A stretch of DNA of 64,000 nt. Source: Phaeosaccion multiseriatum (taxonomy: Eukaryota > Protista > Ochrophyta, other classes). The notes under the pieces are model-generated. The model had not been told where the DNA came from, ran no database searches, and saw only the letters and a program-made list of their open reading frames with translations. Shown here one piece after another: positions 53,803 to 64,000 of the stretch (position 1 is the stretch's first letter; each line of letters begins with the position of its first letter). Location: positions 1,364,001 through 1,428,000 of the forward strand of contig OZ218965.1 of the NCBI GenBank assembly GCA_965112735.1, in the 5' to 3' direction. The translations under genes and the position numbers were made by a program.

Positions 53803-55483
53803 CGTACGTGCGCTGGTCCACCCTCTCCTGCATGCGATGTGGTCGCTCCGACTTGTTCGTGTATTTCTCCATCCCACAGGAGGGCGGAGGAGGCGTCATC
53901 GCACCCGCGGGCCTCATCTTCCACGAAACTCGGTGAGTAGGTAGGGCGGTTGGTTATACAGTGGAGAGCGAGATGACCGAACCTCCGTCTGTCTTGCTTG
54001 AAATACAAAGGCCTTCCACTCCCGCTACCGCTACCGCTACCACGGCTCACCCTGTTCCCTCCCCCCCCCCCTCCTCCTCCTCCTCCTCCTCCTCCTCCTC
54101 CTCCTCCTCCTCCTCCTCCTCCTCCTCCTCCTCCTCCTCCTCCTCCTCCTCCTCCTCTTTTCACCCCTCCCCCCCACCTCCACCCCCTCTACCCTCTACC
54201 CTTGCAGGTGTGGCAGCACTCTGACCGCCAACATGGTTGCTTCACTCCCCGCAAACCGAGTCTTTAGCGAGTCTCGCCCCCCTGTAGCGGTGATAAGGGA
54301 GAGCCTCAAGCATAACCTTCCCAACGATGTTCGTGCAGAGCTCTTAACGGGTGTTGTGTCGCTCTTCGGTCGAAGGAGGAAGAACGAACCCCATGCGAGA
54401 CTGTTTTTCAAGCTCCAGAATGCCAAGTGAGTCAGTTCGCGGGTCCGTATGTGTGTGAGTGCGTGAGTGAGGGAGTGAGGGAGTGAGGGAGTGAGGGAGT
54501 GAGTAAGTGAGTGAGTGAGTGAGTCAGGAAGTCAGTAAGTAAGTCAGTGAGTCAGTCAGTTCATGTGTTCGCGGGTTTGTGAGTACGTGAGTGCGTGAGT
54601 GCGTGAGTGCGTGAGTATATGAGTGTTGGAGGGCGTGAGGGTGTGAGTGCGTGAGTGTGCTGTGAGTGCATGAGCCGCCCAACGCCCCCCATCCCCCCCC
54701 CACCTCCTGTGGACTTGAACTGACCTTTGTTTTCATCCACCCACCCATCCACCCACCCATCCACCCACCCATCCACCCATCCACCCACCCATCCACCCAC
54801 CCATCCACCCACCCATCCACCCACCCATCCACCCACCCATCCACCCACCCATCCACCCACCCATCCACCCACCCATCCACCCACCCATCCACCCACCCCC
54901 TCTGCTGCCCATTGGCACAGATTTGCCGTGGAGATCACTGAGGTGTTCCCCTCTGTTCCGTGGACATATGTGTTCCGCGACCCTATTGAGGTTAGTGCAG
55001 GGTGACTGAAACTTGAGTCACCAGAGTTGATGCACCACAGAAGAATATCGTAGAGCATTGAACACGTGTCGATAGATGATCGACAGATGGATCGCTTTCT
55101 CCATCTCTTAATTGAGAGTCCGATCTAACAGACTGAAACCGTGGATGGATGGATTGGATGGATGATGGATGGCAGGTGATGGTCTCTAACCTCGGCACCA
55201 CGGGGAACCTCGGCGCCCCTTGTGTGAGGGACGCAAGGCGCGACAAGAAGGTGGCACAGACGCTCAAGCCGCTCACCGTTAACGGGTACGTTACGTTTGT
55301 TTCTGTGAGCTGATGTATCACCAACCGGCTTTCTGACATGTAGTGCTGCTGCGCGCTCTCTCCCGATGCATACAGAAAGACGCAAGTGGGGGCGCCAATC
55401 GCGGATGCTTGTGCCACTTGGCTCAAGATGCTCGGGGACCAAGCTCTCAAGGCCCATGAGCTCAACCCGGTACGTGCCCCTTC

Positions 55484-55521
<38 letters not shown>

Positions 55522-55934
55522 GCACACACACTCTCTCTCACACACACAGAGAGACAGACACAAACACCCCAGAGCAAAACACCACCGCCCCTCTCTCTCC
55601 ACCTCACTCTCCCCTTTCTCCGTTTCTCCCCCCCCCTCCACCCCTTTCCCTCTCGTTTCCTCCGCCCCCGGCCCCGTTTCCAAACCCTTCTGTGCTCATC
55701 TTTTTATTCTGATTTTCCGCAGGAAATGGGCTCATTCATCGAGTATCCGAATCTTCCTGACGCAATGTGGGACTGGGCCTATCCTGAGCATTTCTATCCC
55801 AATGCCAGCGAAGAGGTTGGTCGGGGCCGAGTCAAGAAAATGAAATGAGTTGACAAAAGACATACTGAGGTTGATTGAGCCGAGTTGACAAACAAATACG
55901 CGAACCCACACACTGACAGACACACACACAAACA

Positions 55935-56006
<72 letters not shown>

Positions 56007-56229
56007 ACAGGAACAAGCGTCGTTCAAGGGCCTTATGCAGAAGGAGGCGGGTGCGTACTCCAAGGGAAGTGACAGGAAGAAGCGCGAGTATAAGGACGAC
56101 ACGCAGAAAAAGCACGACATTGCAGACAAGTGGATCGAGGCAGCGGCCGATCGAATCCTGGGCAGTCAGTTTGAGACGCTGCAGAGGAAGCAGGCCTATG
56201 TGAAGAAACCTGCAGCTGCGAGGGATTGA
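52099..56229 (+). CDS. Sulfotransferase-like P-loop protein, multi-exon, 5' end uncertain
   Basis: Spliced [10 protein letters not shown]|[12 protein letters not shown] (5'-phosphosulfate-binding-loop-like), [28 protein letters not shown]|VMVS (3'-phosphate-binding-like), [22 protein letters not shown] hydrophobic N-terminal segment [16 protein letters not shown] lies at 52099, but its splice link to the rest is unproven. Confidence 0.65.
54734..54898. repeat. (catccacccacc)n 12-bp compound repeat, intronic
   Basis: About 13 units read directly. Confidence 0.9.
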
Positions 56230-56729
56230 TTGATTGATTGATTGGTTGGTTGGTTGGTTGGTTGATTAATTGATTGATTGATCGATGGACAGATTGGTTG
56301 ATGGATTGGTTGATGGATTGGTTGGTTGATTGATTGATTGGTTGATTGGGACGGACATGAGAGGAAATGAGAGGATAGACATGAGGCTTGAGGAGGAGGA
56401 GCTGGTGGTGCTGGAAGAGGAGGAGGAGGAGGAGAAGGAGGAGGAGGAGGAGGAGGTGGAGGAGGAGGAGGTGGTGGAGGAGGAGGAGGAGGTGGTGGAG
56501 GAGGAGCAAAGTGACTATATAGGCCTTTGAGAGGCCGTTGAGGGGAGACATATAAGCCATCCACTGCCTTCCGGTGTACGATATGTCCGACATGTAGCTA
56601 CTTATTTGAAGGGGAGGACGACTTCCCTTCTGGGCCTCTTGGTTGCAGTGAGACGGAGTGGTTGGCGTGTGCGCAATGTTCATAATATAAGTACCAAGGT
56701 GTTTATTAGCGAAGGCGCCGCAGTGAGAG

Positions 56730-56773
<44 letters not shown>

Positions 56774-56961
56774 CCTTTTGCACTTTGGCTTGGCTTGTGT
56801 TTGGAGCCAATGAGGCCCATCGAAGCGGCGCAAACTGCAAACTGTATTTATCGATACGATTCTATACATGGGGCTTTGATGGGGTCCACCCTCCCTATCT
56901 ATCCATCCACCCGCCCCATACGTCCAATGTATCCACCCACCCACCCAACCACCCATCGCAT

Positions 56962-58792
56962 CTATGCCTTTCTCGGCGACAGTTCAAAGTCAGCGTTACT
57001 TCCGTCGCTGGCGGGGCTCAGGAGGGCCAACCTGTCCTTCCTCTTGTTCTTCTTGCTGCCGTTCTTGTTGCGCTTGGGGGACCTTTGAGTGAGTGGGTAT
57101 CGAGGCGTCGGTAGACAAGTCGTGGGTGACACATGCATAAAAATTCACACACACAACACAGCAAGCATTTTCCCCGAAACAGGAGGCATAAACCCAAAAG
57201 ACAGAACACGACTAACCAAAATCGTTTCTCCTTCTTCTTGTCTTCTTCTCTGTCCGTGATGGTGACAGCCCCCCTTCCCCTAAGGCAGACTCCCTCACGC
57301 CCGCACGCACCCACACCAACCTGCTTCTGCCGCGCTCGCTCTCGTCGTCACCATCCTCCTCGTCCGAGAACGGCGTGTCATATCGCTTCTCCTTCCCGCC
57401 CATCCTCCTCTTCTCCTCCCGCATGGCGGCCCGACTTTGATGGCCGAGAGCGCTCTTAGCGAGACCTGCCTCAAGCTCCTGTGATGGCCATTGATAATAT
57501 AATATAAATTAATGGACCCAATTAGCATACATCAGGAGAGAGTAGGAGAGTCGCAACAGGCACGGGGGGAGAGGGGCAGCAGTGGCAAAGCGTTTTTGCG
57601 TTTCACGGAGGAAGGAAATCAGCGGAGCCAATGGGGCAAGGCAACGGAGTCATCCACCCTTCTTTTCAGCAATCCATCCCCCGCCCACTCACACCCCCAC
57701 GCACCCACACGCACCCACGCACCCTCACCTTGTAGAAGCGCATGAAGTAGTGCAGGGCAAGCGTCTTGATGACGAGATTGAAGATGAGCATGACCAGGCA
57801 GAAGCGAGAGGTGGTGCTGGCGAATACCTTGGTGGAGTTGGTGCCTGCAATTGCGAGACCGGGCAGGAAAGGAGGGGAGCGAAGGGGTGGGGGAGGAGGG
57901 GGAGAAAAGGGGGGGGGGGGGGATGGAAGCGGAGCATCCATGGCTCGTTCGATTGTCTGTTGTTCGAGATGCAGTAGAGATAGATAGATACAGAAGTGTG
58001 CGTATCACAGAGAAGAGGGTCGTTTATCGTCTCTCATCTTCTCGAATCTACTCCGTTCAGTCGCAGGGGCGTGTTGGGTGGGGTGAGTACCTCAGGAAGG
58101 ACAGTATGAGCTCCTGCACCAGCACCGGGTGGATCGTGGGAACCCACCAATCTCCCCCCCCCCCCCTTGCCCAGCACTCTCTTCACTCTTCAATTGACCA
58201 TGGCCACGGTCATATCTTGAGACACAAACCCCCTCCCCCTGGCCGGACGTAGAGCACTCACCCCAGACTGCACAGAAAACGACATCGAGGACTATGGACA
58301 GGCCCAGAAAGACGAGGTAGGCTTGTGTGGCCTGATAGCCCCCACCAATCACGCAGTACAGAGACCAGAAGGCCAGCACGACGTTGTACGAGGGGAACGC
58401 GGCCTCTGCTGCACACTGGGTGGATAAGGGCAAGGGCAAGGGCAGGGTGAAGGGGAAGGGGAAGGCGAGCGAGGAGAAGAATTTGGTCCAGAGCGCGAGG
58501 GGTGAAGGACTAAGCGACGGCAGCTAGACCTGCACATGAGGGAGAAGATCATCCTCCAGCTCCCTTTGCCTCTTTTACTCTTGCCCAATCCATCCCTCCA
58601 GCACGAAGGCCGAGCTCTACCCTTCAGAAGAGCTTCCAAGTTTAAGCCCTCCCTTGGGGGTCCATCCTCTCATTCCGTCCGCCGCTCTATCTTCGAGAGA
58701 GGAAAAGAGAGAGGGATGCCTACCTGAGTAAGGATGGAGAAGAAAATTTGAGCCCAAGCCAGTCTCTCCGTGTTGGCAGAGTTTGCAGACAT
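56962..58792 (-). CDS. AGTRAP-like small multi-pass membrane protein, about 5 exons
   Basis: Spliced MSANSANTERLAWAQIFFSILTQ|CAAEAAFPSYNVVLAFWSLYCV..AYLVFLGLSIVLDVVFCAVW|GTNSTKVFASTTSRFCLVMLIFNLVIKTLALHYF.. followed by a charged tail. The N..L..W / S..LD / RF...M.I.NL..K pattern resembles AGTRAP. Confidence 0.6.
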
Positions 58793-59088
58793 GGCCAAGG
58801 CATCTTTCTTGAACCTCTCGAAATTATTTACACCCACGGCCATATTTCTATGCCCTGGGCCACTTTACACAACGATAGAGAGAAGAGATATACGGGAGAG
58901 AGGGGGAGGGAGAGAGAGAGAGAGAAAGAGCGAGAGAGAGACAGAGACAGAGAGACATAACACACGGTTTCAGATGGCAGCTCACAGGGGATGGCAGCTG
59001 ACGAACGCCGATGGGTCGCCCAGCCGATTTTATTGATTTGTATTTGTACCTCGCTCTTCCCTTGTTGTCACCACCCCCTGCCTTAAGA

Positions 59089-59846
59089 ATGGCGGCGCCA
59101 TCAGATTTCGATCGGAGCTATGACGATGACCTGGATAAGTTGTTGGAAATCGGTCAGCAAATGGCTCAGGGGCAAAAGGTAACCAAACTGCCAAGAGAGG
59201 AGACAGAAAAGAGGGATGAGATTGCAGGAGAATCGGCACGGATGGGAACTGACGCTCGCCTTGGCACTACCTCTTGTTTCGTCCCGTTCCCCCTTCCACA
59301 TTTGCTGTGTCTTGTCCTCTCTCTCTGTCTCTCTCTCTCTCTCTCTCTCACCGACTTGAAGGCTGGCGACGGTGAGCAGAACAAGCAGCAATTCGAGTAT
59401 GAGCTTCAGTCCTCGGATGGATATGAAGAGGAGGAGGAGGAAGAGGAGGAGGAGGAGGAGGAGGAGGAAGGGGGCCAGGAGGGAGACATCGGAGAAGACG
59501 ACGCGAACTCGAGCATGCTGGTGGGGCATAGTTTGCTGTCTATTGGAGGCACGCCACCCCCTGTGCTTCCTCCACCAACGTCAGAGCGTGTCGACCCGGG
59601 CGCGACGAGTGGGCACGGCGATGGAGAGGGCAGTGGGGGAGGTGGATGGATGGCTTCCCCAGGCAATGCGGAAGGGGGAGAAGGGGCGAGGGCGGCACCT
59701 GTGGCGGAGGCCCTCAGTATCGATGACGCCGAAGTGATGTACGTTGTGCAGCAGCTGCGGGACGACTTCGAGGACAAGGTGAGCTGTAGATATGTGCACG
59801 TTGCCCTTTCTCTCTCTCGACTGCGGATCTGTGCCTCTTCTTCCTG

Positions 59847-59882
<36 letters not shown>

Positions 59883-60781
59883 TGTGCACCTCTCAGAGCC
59901 TGAGGGAGTATCTCGAATGGTGTGGATATTTGGGAATGTTTCTGGAGGGTATTCTATGATTGTCTTTTCAGTGCCGCCCCGCGGCTTTGCCCTTCCTCCT
60001 CTGTGCCTACTCTTCTATGTAGCCACACTCTCCCTTCGGACAGCCTCGTTCCACCCGCCCGTCCCCGTCACCCTCTCCCGTCCATACTTCCTTCCACCCT
60101 CACCTTCTCTCTACCTTCTCTCTGCCAATCAAAAACTGCCCCCACCATGCAATCAATATATAAGGTGCTCACCAAGGCGTCTGGGTTAGTGGGCAGTCTG
60201 AAGAGGCGGCTGGAGGGGGAGAAGGAGGCCCAGCGTAGGCAGATGGAGGACGCACTGTATGCAGTCACCACTCAGAGCGAGGCGACCATCAAGTCGCTGC
60301 AGGAGGCTTTGCAAGCGCAGACGCAGCAAGCACAACAGCAAGAGGTGAAGATGGAGAGGCTATGCGACAAGATGGCGAACCTAAAGAAGCGCTCAGGTGA
60401 GGAGTGAGTGAGTGAGTGAGTGAGTGAGTGAGTGAGCGTATCTGTCCCCCGCCTCGGCTCTGCACCACCCCCTTGGCCTTCCCTTCTCTCCCTCTTGTCT
60501 TATCTTTGTTGTGCCTACTCCCCCCTCTCTATACATCTCCGTCTGAAGGCAAACTAGTGGGCGTGTCGGCGGGCTTCTTTCAATGGAGGGAGGCAGTCAT
60601 GGAGGAGCGGCAGCAGCGGCTGAACATTAAAAACGCCAACAAACACGCAAGGTACCTTACGTATTCATATACCCATGTCTAATAACTACACACACATAAG
60701 TGTAGGCAGGCTCGGTTTCAGCGTCAGTTTATTACACCACCCACCCAACCTGCCTACCCCTCTCTGCCTCTCTCTCTCTTC

Positions 60782-60823
<42 letters not shown>

Positions 60824-61806
60824 TCTCTCCCTCTCTCTCTCTCTGCACAGAGCCCTGTACCAAGCCAAGGCCTTTGAGTCGTGGCGAGGGGAGACGCGGA
60901 GGAGGGCCGTAGAGCGCGCTGAAGACCTCGCTGAGCGGCGGCTTGAGGCTGTAACCAAGGAGATTATCCGCCGCTACGAGGACTCGCTGGAGCAGATGAG
61001 GGTCGAGCTCCACAGCGCCAATGAGCAGATACACATGGTGCGTGTATGCGTGTGTGCGTGTGTGCGTGTGTGCGTGTGGGTGGGCGGGTGTGTGAGCGTG
61101 AGTATGTGTATAAGGGGGGGGGGGAGGGGGAGGACCCGTCGGGAGGGGGAATCCTCGAGCAGACGAGCTTCACTTCACAGACCTTTGCGCTCACGTAACA
61201 GGCCCCACTTCCTCTCTTTTTCTCCCTCCCTCTCTGTCCCCGTCTTCCCTCTCTTCCTCCCTTCACCCCCCTCTTCCTCTCTTGCTCTCTCCCTCCCTCC
61301 CTCCCTCCCTCCTACTCTCCCTCCCCCCTCCCTCACCCCCTCCCTCCCCTCGCGCCCTGCCTGCCTGCCTCCTCCTCCTCCTCCTCCTCGTCCTCCTCGT
61401 CCTCCTCCTCCTCCTCCTCCTCCTCCTCCTCCTCCTCCTCCTCCTCCTCCTCCTCATCCTCATCCTCCTCCTCCTCCTCCTCCTCCTCCTCCTCCTCCTC
61501 CTCCTTCCCCCTTCCTTGCAGGAGCGCCAACGACAGAAGAAGATGGAGGATGACATGCGTCTGTCCATCCTTCGCGGCATATCTGTCATGAACATCGAAG
61601 CTACGAACCTCTTTGCAGAGAAGGACAGGGCGCCCTATGCTCAGGCTGAAGCAGCAGCACCAGTTGGTGATACAGCAGCAGCTGCTGCCGGAGGAGGAGG
61701 CGGATGGGCCGGGGGATATCCGAGTCAAGGAGGAGGAGGAGAAGGGGCTGTAGAGTCGGACGAGTATCCAAGACAGCAGGGCCCACCACACCCATCGATG
61801 CGATGA
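59089..61806 (+). CDS. POC5: Centriolar protein POC5-like (coiled coil, centrin-binding repeats)
   Basis: Exons give a coiled coil, Sfi1-type AGFFQWRE and AKAFESWRG, and MEDDMRLSILRGISVMNIEATNLF, which resembles the conserved POC5 box (M..AFMRGV.ALN.EA...F). Confidence 0.72.
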
Positions 61807-61940
61807 AGGAGACGGATGGTGCGTTTGCCCGCCCGTCCATGCTGCCGCGCTGGTGCGTGTGCGTGTGGGGGCAGTGTAGCGCGTGGACTGCATCACAGCA
61901 CGGGAGGAAATGCATGAGATGGCAGCTGATGAAATAAATA

Positions 61941-61975
<35 letters not shown>

Positions 61976-63282
61976 GTCCGGTGCTGTCATCAGCGACTCT
62001 TTGCTTCTCGTGAGGGGAGAGGGCGTGTGCTGTGGTTCAAGCAGAGTCACGCTCGGACGCCATTCAGACACGCCTCTTGACCTCAGGCACACACACACAC
62101 ACACACACACACACCAGCCACATCACCAGCTTCGCTGTCGTCTCACACCTTTGTTCAGCAAGTGTCTAGTCGGTCATAAATGCCGGCCGGGGAAACCGAC
62201 TTCGCACCTTGGCGTTTGAGCTTTCCTCGGCATGGAACAGAAACAAAGGCCGAATGAGTGTGCGTAGATGAGTGCGAGGCTGGTGATGTGGTGATAAATG
62301 GTTCGGTGGTGCGTGAAGAGCGGCTCTGCTTCAATCAAAGGTCATGGCAGGGAGGAAGAGGTGAAGCGTTTCGTGCAATACGTAGACCCCACCAACGAAA
62401 CAACGGGCGAGATGGATAATATATGGGTTGTGTTTTGTCTTGTCGCCCAGGCAGGCCAGCGGAGAGACAGGGGAAGGAAGGAAAGGTGACGTGAGTACTA
62501 CGAAGCACAAGTTAAAAGAATTGTGTGAATGAAGAGAAGTGTTGCTCTTGTCCCTTGGCACACCGTTCTCCTCCACAATGCGCACTGCGGAATCAGAAGC
62601 AAGAAAAGAGACCGCTTCCACCGCGTAGCTTTCCCACGACGAGGTCGTAATGGCGTCAGGGGGTGCCCGGCTTGGGAGAACAGCTCCGAGAGTCGTACTG
62701 TAGAGCCTCAGCGAGGCTTGGGCGTTGATGTACAACATTTAACCTATTATATCCTTATTGTATGATATTCAGACTATACAATTACAATTATTTATTACCG
62801 TTGAAAAAGAAAAAAGCGCCCCAAGCAATCAATCGACTTGAACTCATCCGCTCATCCATCCCACACTCGTTCCGCATGCCTGCCTGCCTGGCCGCCTGGC
62901 CGCCTGGCTGTCAGTGTCGCATCGTCCTTCCTTTCGTCCTCTACATGGATGTGGCAGAGCATTTGCTTTGCCAACATAGGCACGTCCAATCCAAGAACGA
63001 AAAGGGTTGCTCGTGCGACACACAGAGAGGGGAGCAAATGCCACGCATGCCCACTTGAGGGTTGCCCTTCCACCCGAACAGAATCAGAATGAATCCAATT
63101 TCTCCGGCGTCTCGCTCTCGCGTCTCCGCTACGACACGAAACAAATGGAGCAACACCGCCGCCAAGGGAGACTCGCCGCCTGACTCGCCTTCTTCCTTCT
63201 TCGCGTCCTCCTCCCAATGAAGCTCCGAGCAGACATCCACATCCCAGTCCATCCCCTCCTCCTCCCCGCTCCTTCGCCCTGC

Positions 63283-63817
63283 CTACCCGTTACCAGCAGC
63301 GGACACTCTTGGAATGTCATTGTGCTCCGTGCGGGTAGCGAGATCGGCATTCAGCATCTCGATACGCTCCTTGTGAGGTATCTTCACGGCCTCCTGGATT
63401 CGCAGCCTCTCCCTCTCCTTGGTCTGCTCCTTGAATCTCTTTTGCGCGGGCGTCAGGAAGTCGTCGATACTGAGCTCCTCCCCTTCCTCCCCCGCCCCTT
63501 TGCCTCCGCCCCCTCCCTCCCCGCTGCCACCATCCGACCCTTCCGCTGCCGCTGCGGCGGCGTCTCTCTCCTCCTTCTCCTTCCTGGCGGCCTCCTCCTC
63601 GCGGCCCCTCTTCTTCCTGCTCATTCGCATATTACACACACACGAAGGGGGGGGGGGTTGATGATTAGAGAGGGAGGACGGGCTACATAGTGCAGCGTGG
63701 TAGAGGCTGGTGAGACTGCACTTACCCCTTCTTCTTCTTGCTCTTCTTTGTGGCGAGGGAGCCGCCGCCCTTTAGGCTGAGACTCCCCCTCTTGAACGAA
63801 GTGTCTATTCCTGACAT
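63283..63817 (-). CDS. FAM32A: FAM32A (DUF1754) spliceosome-associated protein, 2 exons
   Basis: Exons 63817-63726 and 63616-63283: MSGIDTSFKRGSLSLKGG..KKKK..LTPAQKRF..RIQEAVKIPHKERIEMLNADLATRTEHNDIPRVS. Confidence 0.9.
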
Positions 63818-64000
63818 TGTGTGTGTGGTGTGGCTGCAGGCTTCAAACTTTGATCGATGTGCCCCCTCCGAATCCCCCTCCTCAGCGGAAAGTTCTCTGA
63901 AGTCAATGAGAGACAAAATCGATCCGACTTCATCCGACTTCCGTTTCGCCACATCAATAACTTCGCCTCTTGCTAAAGCTTCCTTCTGCCCTTCCTCCCA

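Noticed and set aside
62000-63250. ORFs between POC5 and FAM32A (e.g. 62331-62738 on the - strand)
   Set aside because: I could not build a consistent spliced model or recognise a motif. A small gene cannot be excluded.

Overview
Eukaryotic nuclear DNA, gene-dense and intron-rich. Two proteins have bipartite signal peptide + (A/G)-FAP plastid-targeting leaders, which points to an alga with a complex red-derived plastid, most likely a stramenopile (inference). Most long ORFs in the supplied track are translated microsatellites. I reconstructed 16 genes by hand from splice sites and protein motifs: an Sfi1-repeat-like protein (running off the left end), PNUTS/PPP1R10-like, METTL16, an EEF1AKMT4/METTL13-type methyltransferase, plastid chorismate synthase, Rab32/38-like, an RCC1-repeat protein, PSTK, a CMTR1-like cap methyltransferase, Nup85, mitochondrial bL21, plastid EF-G, a sulfotransferase-like protein, AGTRAP-like, POC5 and FAM32A. 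Twelve of them form six tight head-to-head pairs. The most unusual signal is a 15-nt module (CAGCAGTTGGTGATA) at about 20 loci on both strands, mostly at CAG tracts. It is translated in three reading frames in eight unrelated proteins and never in its stop-containing frame. Other notable features are a 498-bp MITE (30-bp TIRs, 6-bp TSD), a 9-nt microexon in EF-G, microsatellites that start exactly at splice donors or stop codons, tandemly duplicated splice sites, and two GC-AG introns. Family calls rest on recalled motifs, not database searches.
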